Assembly: GCA_934169415.1 (NCBI GenBank)
Contig: CAKPNP010000002.1
Location: forward strand, 1 to 60,363
Direction: 5' to 3'
DNA length: 60,363 bases
Origin: an uncultured Bacilli bacterium
GTDB taxonomy: Bacteria > Bacillota_I > Bacilli_A > RF39 > UBA660
Every line of letters starts with the position of its first letter. Position 1 is the first letter of the stretch. The notes beneath the pieces were generated by a model. That model searched no databases. It was not told the origin of the DNA and worked only from the letters and a program-made list of their open reading frames with translations. Both the position numbers and the translations under genes were made by a program. Positions 46,101 to 55,582 of this stretch are shown here, in pieces.

Positions 46101-47786
46101 GTTAAATCAAATGGTGAGGAATTAATAAATATTGTTAAATACTTACAAGATCAAGCAGAAAGTTTAAATATTGTAACGACTCCTTTATGGTTAGAAAAAA
46201 TCAAAGATTCTATAAGAATAGAAGATTTAGCTTTAAAATATAAATATACTAAGGAAAATTTTGTTATTAATCCAATAATAGGAGAATATGATGTACCTAA
46301 AAAACAAGAACAAAGGTTACTAACGCTTCCTATATCAAAAGAAGGAAATACATTAGTTTATGGTGCAAGTGGTTCTGGTAAAGAAAATTTTGTAACAACC
46401 TTAATATATTCTTCTATGTTATATTATAGTGCTAAAGAATTAAATTATTATATAGTAGATTATGGTTCAGGATCTCTTAATATATTTAAGGATTCTAGTA
46501 TAGTTGGTGATATAGTAACACCTGATGATACTGATAAGCTATCTAATTTATTTAAATTACTACAAACTAATATTGATGAAAGAAAAAAATTATTTCAAGA
46601 TTATAACGGGGATTATTATAACTATTGTAAAAATAGTGGTTCTACATTGCCATCTATTATAGTAATTATAAATAACTTTGAAGCATTTACAGAATTATCA
46701 AACAAATATGAAGATATTTTAAATAGTATTACAAGAGATTGTAATAAATACGGAATATATTTTGTGATTTTATCAAATACTCCAAATGGTGTAAGATTCA
46801 AATTAAAACAAAACTTTAGTTTAATTTATGCATTATCGCAAAATAATGACGATGATTTTACTACGATATTAGGTAATATTTATAAAACTTATCCAAGTAA
46901 GATATTCGGACGTGGAATATTTAAAACTGATGATGTTTATGAATTTCAAACTTGCTTGGTAACTGAAAAAGATGATATACCTAGATTTATTAAAGCTAAA
47001 TGTATGGAATATAGAAAAAATAGTACCGTATTTGCAAATAAAATACCTATGCTTCCAAAGTGTGTTACTTATAATGATATAGCAACGTATTTGGATAGCA
47101 AAAATTATATAATAGGTTTAAATAAAGAAAATTTAGAAATAAAAGAATACGATTTTAATAAAAATGCTGTTTCTATTATAACTGGAACTGATATTAATCA
47201 AACAGAAAATTTAGTTAATCCACTTATAAATCAAATAGTATATAAAAAGATATCTACATTATTAGTTATAAATGCAACAGATTATGATATAAAAAATAAA
47301 TTTAATTATAAATATGTTGATTTTGATTTTGATTCTATATTTTCTGAGTTGATGAATTATTTAGATAAACAGGAAGAAATAATAAAAAATTCTAGTAATA
47401 AAAATATATTTAGTAATACGAAAAAATTGCTATGTATGATAATAGGGATTGATCAATTTAAATCAAGTTTAAGTGATGAAAATAAATCTAAGTTTAACAA
47501 TTTATTTACTAAAGCTAAAAGTTTAGGCACAATCAAATTTATAATTGTAGATAGTATTGATAAGATTAAAAAATTTGAGTTTGAAACTTGGTATAAAGAA
47601 TGCGTTAATACAAATTATGGAGTTTGGGTAGGCAATGGTATAAATGATCAATTTAGTATTAAAATTAATCAAAAAATACCAGAAATGAAAGAATTAATAC
47701 CAAATAACTTCTGCTTTGTCATAACAAGAGGTAAGGCAGATTATGTAAAATATGTTGAAAGATTTGACATAAGCAGCAAGAATTAG
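43182..47786 (+). CDS. essC: T7SS FtsK/SpoIIIE-family ATPase EssC
   Basis: FHA-like N-terminal region and two TM helices (LLTIGPMLTMSMTSLVSGYVAV, ALPSIIMCVAMFASIFIWPTI). P-loops GSTGSGKSE and GASGSGKEN plus a degenerate third ATPase domain. FIICDEFAEL Walker B. Confidence 0.92.
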   Translation: MRVSLIKNDKKIDLILPEQISGSYWITDLDKSGNRKNLISIEAVDNTWHLVSNDDIYVMNNNLIEPYKTLVNNEFTILKNKETNENIILYCSSVLQKYNCYDINSYIEDGFNIGPLGVISSPVLNNVNIVVRKEHDDIVIINDGSKAPIYVNDVRLEGKRKLKNADIVFTQGVMFFIVKKQDVKNVYYLYLNNVDINISAKLTMTKLVDNQSDTVEEKDEIDIPLYEDSDYFHKTPRFIPKIKTLNLSVDAPPSKQEDKDQSILLTIGPMLTMSMTSLVSGYVAVNNVLSGSSTIKSALPSIIMCVAMFASIFIWPTISRRVEARNRKKKEKERQKKYGAYIESKKLDIQKAIDQQSSILNNNYPSIKDCEQIVLNKYTTLWQRRIEDDDYLVINLGVGSYPMKIDIKYPEEHFSLFQDNLKDMVQSLGAEPKLLPNVPIIYSLYDNYITGIIGSYSETSKYLKNVILQCVTHHSYDNLKIVIFTDEEKQKDYEYLSFLPHLFTDDKELRLYATNNDEYKEICYYLDREFNKRSELTKELTKEDLDYTYLIITDSFKAIRNYDVINNIIKSKKNLGFSIVILDKNITDLPTECKSFISIKDGTGEMHANDYYIKPLKFEYDKKLVIDYDKIVNKLANIPIERQLSKDGKLPNKLGFLEMFDVGKIEQLNSINRWKNNNPILNLQAPVGYGKNTEKISIDLHEKYHGPHGLIAGSTGSGKSEFIITYILSMAVNYHPYEVQFILIDYKGGGLAGAFENKVTGLKLPHLVGTITNLDANEIKRSLASIESELKRRQSLFNKAREISGESTIDIYKYQKMYRDKIVNVPISHLFIICDEFAELKTQQPDFMQQLISTARIGRSLGVHLILATQKPSGVVDPQIWSNTRFRVCMRVQEKSDSNEVIKCPDAAYLKQTGRFYFQVGYNEVFVLGQAAWAGGKYIPREKVKKNIDTNINFINNIGYIYKNIETKEKEINVKSNGEELINIVKYLQDQAESLNIVTTPLWLEKIKDSIRIEDLALKYKYTKENFVINPIIGEYDVPKKQEQRLLTLPISKEGNTLVYGASGSGKENFVTTLIYSSMLYYSAKELNYYIVDYGSGSLNIFKDSSIVGDIVTPDDTDKLSNLFKLLQTNIDERKKLFQDYNGDYYNYCKNSGSTLPSIIVIINNFEAFTELSNKYEDILNSITRDCNKYGIYFVILSNTPNGVRFKLKQNFSLIYALSQNNDDDFTTILGNIYKTYPSKIFGRGIFKTDDVYEFQTCLVTEKDDIPRFIKAKCMEYRKNSTVFANKIPMLPKCVTYNDIATYLDSKNYIIGLNKENLEIKEYDFNKNAVSIITGTDINQTENLVNPLINQIVYKKISTLLVINATDYDIKNKFNYKYVDFDFDSIFSELMNYLDKQEEIIKNSSNKNIFSNTKKLLCMIIGIDQFKSSLSDENKSKFNNLFTKAKSLGTIKFIIVDSIDKIKKFEFETWYKECVNTNYGVWVGNGINDQFSIKINQKIPEMKELIPNNFCFVITRGKADYVKYVERFDISSKN

Positions 47787-47799
47787 TTTCTTGCTTTTT
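47775..47799 (+). terminator. Rho-independent terminator of the T7SS operon
   Basis: AGCAAGAA-ttagt-TTCTTGCT plus TTTT, overlapping the essC stop. Confidence 0.75.
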
Positions 47800-47833
47800 A
47801 TATTATAAAAATGCTATAATTGTATGGGGGAAA

Positions 47834-48796
47834 ATGTTATATATGACAAAAGAGCAACTATTAAAAATAAATGTAGTTTTGGAAGATTATTTAAATTATT
47901 TATATAAAGTTAATCCTTTATTACTTAATAATATAAATTTTTTTGAAAATCTATTTTATCCATTTGAATTTGAATGTAATATAAAATTGAAGTTTAAAAA
48001 TATTAGTGCAACTGAAACATTTAAATTAGTTTTAGAATTCTATAAAAAATATTATAAAGAAGATATAGATTATATAAAAGATTTATTTGATAAAGGATTT
48101 TTTAGTATTTCTTATGCATCTGAAACTACAAAAGATTCTTGTCAATATGGCAAATTTATTGATTTTGTGTTTTATTCTAAAACTATAGATTTAAATATGG
48201 TTGCGCATGAATTAAGACATTTATTAAATAGTCCAGAAACAAGGAGAAATTGTGATAATGATGCATTAACAGAAGGTTTATCTTTGTTTGATGAATTATT
48301 ATTTTGTGATTTTTTAAAAGATAAAATAGGTATTGATGAAGTAAAAAATTTAGAACTGTTTAATTTTTATAAGTCATATGATTATATGATAAATTCATAT
48401 ATGGTATTACATTTATTAAATATTAAAAATAATTATAGTTATTTAAATGAAAAAAATTATATTGAATATTTTAATTCTACAAAAGAAGAGTATAATAGTG
48501 TTTGTTCATATTTTTTAAATAAATATAATTCATACGAAGATATTACATTGCATACAGACTTTTTTTATGGATTTGGTAATTTTATTTCGCATTATATATT
48601 TAATAAATTTAAAGAAAACCCAGAATTTTTAAATAAGTTTAAAAAATTAAATAGTTTAGTAAAAGAAAATAAAAGTGTTTCAGAATGTTTAAATGCTATT
48701 GATATAGATATAACAAGTATTAACATAATATCTGATTTAAGAAATGTAATATATGAATATATAAAAGATAATATAGAAATAAATAAAATTAAATAA
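47834..48796 (+). CDS. HExxH (gluzincin-like) metallopeptidase-like protein (320 aa)
   Basis: VAHELRHLLNS...ALTEGLSLFDE (HExxH plus a downstream Glu). It has its own extended -10 (TGcTATAAT, 47812-47820). No terminator separates it from the next two genes. The start could be ATG 47843. Confidence 0.6.
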   Translation: MLYMTKEQLLKINVVLEDYLNYLYKVNPLLLNNINFFENLFYPFEFECNIKLKFKNISATETFKLVLEFYKKYYKEDIDYIKDLFDKGFFSISYASETTKDSCQYGKFIDFVFYSKTIDLNMVAHELRHLLNSPETRRNCDNDALTEGLSLFDELLFCDFLKDKIGIDEVKNLELFNFYKSYDYMINSYMVLHLLNIKNNYSYLNEKNYIEYFNSTKEEYNSVCSYFLNKYNSYEDITLHTDFFYGFGNFISHYIFNKFKENPEFLNKFKKLNSLVKENKSVSECLNAIDIDITSINIISDLRNVIYEYIKDNIEINKIK

Positions 48797-48819
48797 AATA
48801 TTATTTAATGGAGGTACTT

Positions 48820-50181
48820 ATGGATAAATATAATGAATTAAGAAGCTTATATGATGAATTTATTTATGAAAGTTATGATATTGTAGATAATGTAGACAGT
48901 TATAAAATTATTTATAATTTTGAAATCAAAGGATTAACTAAATTTAATCCTACTATAGAAATATCAAAAAAATATCTAAATGAATTTGATGATAATATTA
49001 ATAATCTTATATTTCATATAGGTTTAGTAGAATTAATTAGTTACTGGAAATGTAGTTGTCCAAAAAATGTAATTATTAAATGTGGGTATATAAATGAAGA
49101 ACAAATAAAATTCTTTAAAAAGCTTTATTATTATGGACTTGGTGAATTTTTCTATGTAAATAAAATAGATACTACAATAGATGATTTTATGAATATAACG
49201 GTTTTATGTGATAAAAAGGAAATAAAAAAATCTACTCGTAAGTTAGATGGATGTTTAATTCCAATTGGTGGTGGTAAAGATTCTTGTGTTTCATTAGAAA
49301 TATTATCAGGATATAACAATAAGTGTTTTATGATAAATCCAAAAAGTCCAATGTTAGAATGTGCTAAAATAAAGGGTTATGAAATGGATGATATTGCTAT
49401 TATAAAAAGAACAATTGATAAAAAATTAATTGAATTAAATAGTTTGGGATATTTAAATGGGCATACACCGTTTTCTGCTTATGTTGCATTTTCTAGTTAT
49501 TTAATGGCATATTTAACTGGTAAAAAATACATAACATTATCAAATGAGGGAAGTGCTAATGAATCTACTGTAATAGGAACTAAAATAAATCATCAATATT
49601 CAAAAACTTATGAATTTGAATCAGATTTTAATAATTATACTAAGAAATTCTTTAATATAGATATTATGTATTTTAGTTTTTTAAGACCATTAAGTGAATT
49701 GCAAATTGCAATGTTATTTAGCCAGTATAAAAAGTTTCATAAGGTATTTAAAAGTTGCAATGTAGGTAGTAAAAGTATTCCTTGGACTTGGTGTTGTAAT
49801 TGTGCTAAATGTATGTTTGTTTATATCATTTTAAGTCCATTTTTAAATAAAGATGAACTAGTAGAAATATTTAATGAAGATTTATATGATAAAGAAAGTC
49901 TTTTAAATTATTTTATTGAGTTAACAGGTAATAGTTTAACTAAGCCATTTGAATGTGTTGGAACGACACGTGAAGTTAGATTTTGTATAAGCTATGTAAT
50001 AAAAAAACTAATAAGTGAAAATAAAAAATTACCTTATTTATTAAATTATTACTATGAAAATTATGAATTATCTGATACGTCTGTTGATATATTAGAAGAA
50101 TTTAATTTGGAAAATAATTTACCAGAAAAATTTACTTATATGTTAAAAGAGGAGTTAGAAAAATGTATAACAAAATTATAG
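48820..50181 (+). CDS. PP-loop (N-type ATP pyrophosphatase-like) protein; candidate MurL-type UDP-MurNAc-L-Ala-L-Glu epimerase
   Basis: IPIGGGKDSCVS resembles the SGGxDS PP-loop. There is a Cys cluster, CNVGSKSIPWTWCCNCAKC. ATG 48820 follows GGAGG. The 3-prime end overlaps the MurD-like gene by 19 nt. Confidence 0.45.
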   Translation: MDKYNELRSLYDEFIYESYDIVDNVDSYKIIYNFEIKGLTKFNPTIEISKKYLNEFDDNINNLIFHIGLVELISYWKCSCPKNVIIKCGYINEEQIKFFKKLYYYGLGEFFYVNKIDTTIDDFMNITVLCDKKEIKKSTRKLDGCLIPIGGGKDSCVSLEILSGYNNKCFMINPKSPMLECAKIKGYEMDDIAIIKRTIDKKLIELNSLGYLNGHTPFSAYVAFSSYLMAYLTGKKYITLSNEGSANESTVIGTKINHQYSKTYEFESDFNNYTKKFFNIDIMYFSFLRPLSELQIAMLFSQYKKFHKVFKSCNVGSKSIPWTWCCNCAKCMFVYIILSPFLNKDELVEIFNEDLYDKESLLNYFIELTGNSLTKPFECVGTTREVRFCISYVIKKLISENKKLPYLLNYYYENYELSDTSVDILEEFNLENNLPEKFTYMLKEELEKCITKL

Positions 50182-51512
50182 AAAAATTAAAAAATAAAAA
50201 TGTAGCAATATTGGGATTTGGAAAAGAGGGTAAATCTACTTATAATTTTATAAGAAGACACCTTGATTTAAAATTAACAATATTAGATAAAGATAAAGAA
50301 TTAATTAATAAAAATCAGTTTTTAGCTGATGATAAAAATTTAGATTTTGTACTTGGGAGTACATATTTAGATAATTTATCTAGATTTGATATAATTATCA
50401 AGTCTGCTGGTGTTAGTCTAAAGGACATTGATACAACTGATTATTTAGATAAATTAACTAGTCAATATGCACTTATATTAGAAGATACTGATCTTTTTAC
50501 AATTGGTGTTACAGCATCTAAAGGCAAAACTACAACTACAACATTAATATATAATATTATATCTAAACAAAGAGATAACGTATATTTATTAGGTAATATG
50601 GGTAATCCTCCATTAGACTATATAGAAAGTTTTAATAAAGATAGTATACTTGTTATAGAACTTGCAGCTTTACAATTAGAATATGTAAGAAAATCTTGTA
50701 ATATTTCATGTATATTAAATTTATTTTTGGAGCATTTAGATTATTTTGGTGATAAAGATAAATATTTTAGGGCTAAATTAAATATTTGCAAGTATCAAAA
50801 TGAATCAGATTATTTGATATATTCTATGGATAATGAAACTTTATTAAATTATGTAAGTAATATGGATATAAAATCTAAAAAAGTATCTGTTTCTCTAAAT
50901 GATAGTAGTGATATTAAATTAGTTGATAATAAAGTATATTATAATGATACTTTATTGTATATTGATGACAATAAAAGAAAATTATTGGGTAATCATAATC
51001 TAGAAAATATTATGTTTGCTTTAGGGGTAGTTAAAATATTAAATTTAGATATACCTGATGCAGTTAATACTATAAACTCATTTTCTCCTATTGAACATAG
51101 GATGGAATTTGTAGGAACATATAATGATATTAAATTTTATAATGATTCTATAGCTACAATACCTGAGGCAACAATTAATGCAATAGAAGCTATAGGAGAT
51201 GTTGATACATTAATATTTGGTGGAATGGATAGGGGAATAGATTATAACAAATTTATAGATTATTTAAATAATAGTAATATATCTAATTTTATTTGCTTAC
51301 CTGATACCGGATATAAATTAGCTCCTAGCTTAACTAAAAATGTATATATGATAGAAGAAATGGATGAAGCTGTTAAAATAGCTTATAAAGTAACAAAAAA
51401 AGGAAGTTCATGCTTACTTTCTCCAGCGGCTTCAAGTTATAACAAATATAAAAATTATATAGAAAAAGGTTCTTTATATAAAGAATGTGTAAAAAAGTAT
51501 AAAGAAAAATAG
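50163..51512 (+). CDS. murD: MurD-family UDP-N-acetylmuramoyl-L-alanine--glutamate ligase (possibly L-Glu-adding MurD2 type)
   Basis: VAILGFGKEGKS Rossmann N-terminus, GVTASKGKTTTTT P-loop, NLFLEHLDYF, GNHNLEN, PIEHRMEF. NDSIATIP stands where canonical MurD has NDSKATN. Confidence 0.8.
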   Translation: MYNKIIEKLKNKNVAILGFGKEGKSTYNFIRRHLDLKLTILDKDKELINKNQFLADDKNLDFVLGSTYLDNLSRFDIIIKSAGVSLKDIDTTDYLDKLTSQYALILEDTDLFTIGVTASKGKTTTTTLIYNIISKQRDNVYLLGNMGNPPLDYIESFNKDSILVIELAALQLEYVRKSCNISCILNLFLEHLDYFGDKDKYFRAKLNICKYQNESDYLIYSMDNETLLNYVSNMDIKSKKVSVSLNDSSDIKLVDNKVYYNDTLLYIDDNKRKLLGNHNLENIMFALGVVKILNLDIPDAVNTINSFSPIEHRMEFVGTYNDIKFYNDSIATIPEATINAIEAIGDVDTLIFGGMDRGIDYNKFIDYLNNSNISNFICLPDTGYKLAPSLTKNVYMIEEMDEAVKIAYKVTKKGSSCLLSPAASSYNKYKNYIEKGSLYKECVKKYKEK

Positions 51513-51531
51513 ATAAATTACTTATCTATTT
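51507..51531. terminator. bidirectional terminator overlapping the ends of murD and the RNase J gene
   Basis: AAATAGATAA-attac-TTATCTATTT. Confidence 0.65.
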
Positions 51532-53164
51532 CCATAATAACGGGTAGAACAATAGGGCGTCTACCTGTTTTTTCATTTGCTAGATTTGATATTTCTTGTA
51601 TAAGTCCCAATTTAATTTCATTAATTGAAATATTATTTTTTAATTTATTTGTTATAAAATATTTAGATTTATTTTCAAATTCATGAATTAAGTCAGTATT
51701 ATCATTAACAAGTACAAAACCTCTTGTATTAATAGAAGGCGTTGTAATAAGTTTATTTTTACTCATTGTAATAGTGATAATCACAATACCATCTTGACTC
51801 ATTATTTTTCGCTCTCTCATTATTGTATTATCAACATCACCAACACGATTTCCATCTACATAAGCATCAGCAGCATGAATACTTTCTGTTTTATTTATTA
51901 CACCATTATTCATACTAAGAACATCTCCATTAGAAAGTACAAATGTGTTTTCTTTAGCTACATTACACATTATTGCAATATCAGCATGTTTACGTAACAT
52001 TCTGTATTCCCCATGTATTGGCATTACATATTTAGGTTTCATTAATCTAATCATTAATTTTAATTCTTCTTCATTAGCATGACCTGAAGTATGTACATCA
52101 GATAGTGAAGTATTAGTATATACTTTCACACCTTTTAAATATAGTTTGTTAATTGTTCTTGAAATACTCACTTGATTTCCTGGAATTGCAGAGGATGAGA
52201 ATACAACAACATCATCAGATTTTAATTTAATTTGTTTATGTGTTCCATTTGCTATTCTTGAAAGTGCAGCAAGTGGTTCTCCTTGACTACCTGTACAAAG
52301 TAGGCACACTTTATTATCTGGCATTGTATTAGCTTCTTCCGGTGTTATGAATATTTCTTTATTTTTTATATATCCACCTTCTATAGATATTTCTATATTG
52401 TTATTCATACTTCTACCAAATATAGCTATTTTTCTATCCATCATCTTACAGGTATCAACTATATGTTTTAATCTATATATATTAGATGCAAATGTTGCAA
52501 TAATAATTCTGCTATTATGTTTTTTAAATACTTCTTTTAATGCTTCATCAACTTTAGATTCACTTGTTGAAATACCAGGATTTAGCGCATTTGTTGATTC
52601 ACTCATTAAAAGTGTTACTCCTTCTTCACCAATACGTGCCATTTTATGAATGTTAGCCATTGGTCCTATTGGAGTAAAATCAAATTTAAAATCTCCTGTT
52701 TCTACTATTGTACCATTTGGTGTACGTACTAAAATTCCATGAGAATCAGGAATAGAGTGAGTTGTCATAAAAAACTCAACAGTTAAATTTTTAAATTTAA
52801 TAATTGATTGTTCATTATACGCATATAAATTTTTATAGTCAATTGAACGTTCTTCAAATTTTTTCTTAATTAATCCTATTGCTTGATTAGGTGCATATAT
52901 TGCAGGTATATTTACATTTTGAACTAAAAATGGTATAGCCCCTATATGATCTTCATGACCATGAGTTATAAATAAAGCTTTAATTTTTCTTTCATTTTTC
53001 TTTAAAAATGTAAAATCAGGTATTACATAGTCAATACCTACAACATCATCTGGAAAAGTAACTCCGGCATCTATTATTATTATTTCATTTTCATGCATTA
53101 CACAATACATGTTTTTACCAACTTCTCCAAGACCACCTAAAGCAAATACTTTAGTATCTTTCAT
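51518..53164 (-). CDS. rnj: ribonuclease J
   Basis: Metallo-beta-lactamase/beta-CASP with GGLGEVGKNMY and HGHEDHIG. The 548-aa length is typical. Confidence 0.93.
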   Translation of the reverse strand: MKDTKVFALGGLGEVGKNMYCVMHENEIIIIDAGVTFPDDVVGIDYVIPDFTFLKKNERKIKALFITHGHEDHIGAIPFLVQNVNIPAIYAPNQAIGLIKKKFEERSIDYKNLYAYNEQSIIKFKNLTVEFFMTTHSIPDSHGILVRTPNGTIVETGDFKFDFTPIGPMANIHKMARIGEEGVTLLMSESTNALNPGISTSESKVDEALKEVFKKHNSRIIIATFASNIYRLKHIVDTCKMMDRKIAIFGRSMNNNIEISIEGGYIKNKEIFITPEEANTMPDNKVCLLCTGSQGEPLAALSRIANGTHKQIKLKSDDVVVFSSSAIPGNQVSISRTINKLYLKGVKVYTNTSLSDVHTSGHANEEELKLMIRLMKPKYVMPIHGEYRMLRKHADIAIMCNVAKENTFVLSNGDVLSMNNGVINKTESIHAADAYVDGNRVGDVDNTIMRERKIMSQDGIVIITITMSKNKLITTPSINTRGFVLVNDNTDLIHEFENKSKYFITNKLKNNISINEIKLGLIQEISNLANEKTGRRPIVLPVIMEIDK

Positions 53165-53310
53165 AAAACTCCTTTCTTTATAAGAATCTAGCGTCTTTAA
53201 TTATACTCTTAATTTTATAATTTGTAAAGATTATATTTTTATGTGTAAAATAGTGTTAATATTATGTACGTATATATATTATTTATGCTATAATTTAAAT
53301 AGGTGATTAT

Positions 53311-53415
53311 ATGTCTAAGATAGAAGTAGAATACGAAGGAGAAATATTAGAATTTGAAACAGAAGTGGATCCCGCTTCAATTGAAACTAACGAAGAGGTA
53401 AAAGAAAATGAATGA
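53311..53415 (+). CDS. possible small acidic protein (34 aa) translationally coupled to the next gene
   Basis: Extended -10 TGcTATAAT (53286-53294), AGGTGAT RBS, ATG 53311: MSKIEVEYEGEILEFETEVDPASIETNEEVKENE*. Its stop overlaps ATG 53408 (ATGAATGA). Confidence 0.35.
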   Translation: MSKIEVEYEGEILEFETEVDPASIETNEEVKENE

Positions 53416-55531
53416 AAGAATTAAAGAAATAGATAAATTTTTAAAACAGATAACTAAATTATACATGGATAATCCGAATTTATCTATAAATGCAGATACA
53501 ATATATAGTTTTTTAGTATCTAGTGGGAAAGAAAAAAAAACAATTAAACAATATCATGAAGGTTGGATAGAATATTTTAAAAATACACCTAACATCGATG
53601 TATATGAATGGGATAGGGATAATGGATATTTTTGTGAGTTCGAAAATTTAGGGATAAATAGAGAGTATACAGACCATATAAAATTATACATACCAGTAAG
53701 TAGTGAAAATATTGATAAAATAGCTAAAGACTTGTTTAATTATTTAGCTTCTAAAAACGTATATCATCAATCAAAAATCGGTTCAATTGAAAGACGTGAT
53801 GATATAGTAGTTAGACTTGAAAATGCAACTGATATTAAAGTTGTAGAAGAATATGTTAATAATAACCCTGATATAAAAAAGAGTAGTATAGATAAAATAC
53901 CATTTAATTTTACAAGTAAATACATATCATATGCTATGGATGGACATACAAGTTATAATGTATTAGTTTGCTCTTATATAAAAAGTTATTTAGAAAATAA
54001 AAAAAGGAATAATCTTTTAAATCTTAAATCAGTATCTTATGAAGATTTTAAAAATTACTCTACTGCAATATATGAAAATTGTTTTGGGGAAAATTATACC
54101 AGAGAAAATTACAATTGGTTTATAAGTACTTTTGAATGTGCTAGGTATGTCTTAAAAGAACCATTTAATACCCAATTTCAAAATCTATCAAATTGTTCTA
54201 ATATACTTATAAATGCTCTTAATACAAATGATTTAAATGTTTTTTATGACATCGTTAAAAAGAGTCAGAAAAATGCTATAAACGTTAAAGATGTTGTAAA
54301 AGCATGTTTTGCTGAAATGGTAAATACGTATGGAGTAGAAAAAGCTAAAATAAATTTTGAACAATATATTAAAACTCATAATGAGAATTATATTCCTATT
54401 CCTTATTTAGATGCTATAAAAATTATAGAATCATCTGCACTAAAAAAAGAGTATGATAGTATAAAGGGTAGTTATAAAGCTAAAGATAATTATGAAGTAG
54501 TAAAAGAATGTTTTAATTATATGATTAATAAATATAAAGAAGAAGGGTATATAGGTTTTGTAAATAGGGTTAATACATATTTAACAACTAATAATATTAA
54601 TTTATTTTCAAGAGAATATAGAAGTTCTATACAAGGAATGGGAAAAGAAGAATTTATTAGAAATATTAATAAAGTAAGAGAAGAATATGTAAAAAACAAT
54701 AATATGAATACAAAACCAAATAGTAATGTTATTGATGAATTATATAAATCCATAATTGACAGAACTAATTCTTTAGGTATAAAATGTGACGTTAAAAATA
54801 CAAATGGTAAAATCGAAATATATGTAGGAAGTTATTCTATATTTTTAAAGTTATATAATGATTCACTATTATTCACTTTAAATGACGGTGAAAAAGATAA
54901 AACTATAGGATATGATATAAATCCTACAAACATAGATATAATATTATCGAGATGTTTAAATGTTATAAGTAATGAAAATTTAAATAAAGAAAAATCTAAT
55001 AATAATTCTATAGATGTTACTAGCACGTTAGTTAATAGTATAGATACTACTGTAAAAAAACATAATACTAATTTAGATGATAAGACACTTAAATATTTAC
55101 GTGTTGATGCTATTAGAAAAATCATGCCTGATATGTTGAATGATAATTATAATAAAATAACTAGAGAATTAGACGCTAGATCTAATTTAGAAGCCATTGG
55201 AAGTAATGCTATAAGTGTTGATTTAATTAAAGCTTGCATTATAAATAAAACAGCTAAATTTAGTTATAAATCAAGTTTTAGTAAAGAAGAAATAGATAAT
55301 ACAATTTCTAACGTTTTATATCAAGTGGAAAATGGAAATATAGAAAATGCATTATTATTTCTAAAAGATTCAAAAATACAACAAATTTTAATTGAAAATT
55401 ATGCATATACTTCATCATATACTACAAAAGAGCAAAGAGATATAATATATGATTCATCTAATATTAAAAATAAAGATTTATTAGTGTCTACTCAAAATGA
55501 GTATATATTAAATAATCAAAAAACTTATTAA
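53408..55531 (+). CDS. large hypothetical protein (707 aa), cytoplasmic
   Basis: Long uninterrupted ORF with no TM helix or signal peptide and no motif I can name with confidence. Confidence 0.7.
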   Translation: MNERIKEIDKFLKQITKLYMDNPNLSINADTIYSFLVSSGKEKKTIKQYHEGWIEYFKNTPNIDVYEWDRDNGYFCEFENLGINREYTDHIKLYIPVSSENIDKIAKDLFNYLASKNVYHQSKIGSIERRDDIVVRLENATDIKVVEEYVNNNPDIKKSSIDKIPFNFTSKYISYAMDGHTSYNVLVCSYIKSYLENKKRNNLLNLKSVSYEDFKNYSTAIYENCFGENYTRENYNWFISTFECARYVLKEPFNTQFQNLSNCSNILINALNTNDLNVFYDIVKKSQKNAINVKDVVKACFAEMVNTYGVEKAKINFEQYIKTHNENYIPIPYLDAIKIIESSALKKEYDSIKGSYKAKDNYEVVKECFNYMINKYKEEGYIGFVNRVNTYLTTNNINLFSREYRSSIQGMGKEEFIRNINKVREEYVKNNNMNTKPNSNVIDELYKSIIDRTNSLGIKCDVKNTNGKIEIYVGSYSIFLKLYNDSLLFTLNDGEKDKTIGYDINPTNIDIILSRCLNVISNENLNKEKSNNNSIDVTSTLVNSIDTTVKKHNTNLDDKTLKYLRVDAIRKIMPDMLNDNYNKITRELDARSNLEAIGSNAISVDLIKACIINKTAKFSYKSSFSKEEIDNTISNVLYQVENGNIENALLFLKDSKIQQILIENYAYTSSYTTKEQRDIIYDSSNIKNKDLLVSTQNEYILNNQKTY

Positions 55532-55554
55532 AAAGACTATGGTCTTTTTTTTTT
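55531..55554 (+). terminator. Rho-independent terminator
   Basis: AAAAGAC-tatg-GTCTTTT plus a long T-run. Confidence 0.65.
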
Positions 55555-55582
55555 AATATGATATAATTAAGTAGGTGATTAT

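Noticed and set aside
53311-55531. Small peptide plus large enzyme as a RiPP (lanthipeptide-like) precursor/synthetase pair.
   Set aside because: The 34-aa peptide has no Cys and is almost purely acidic. No recognisable cyclase, dehydratase, transporter or protease genes accompany it.
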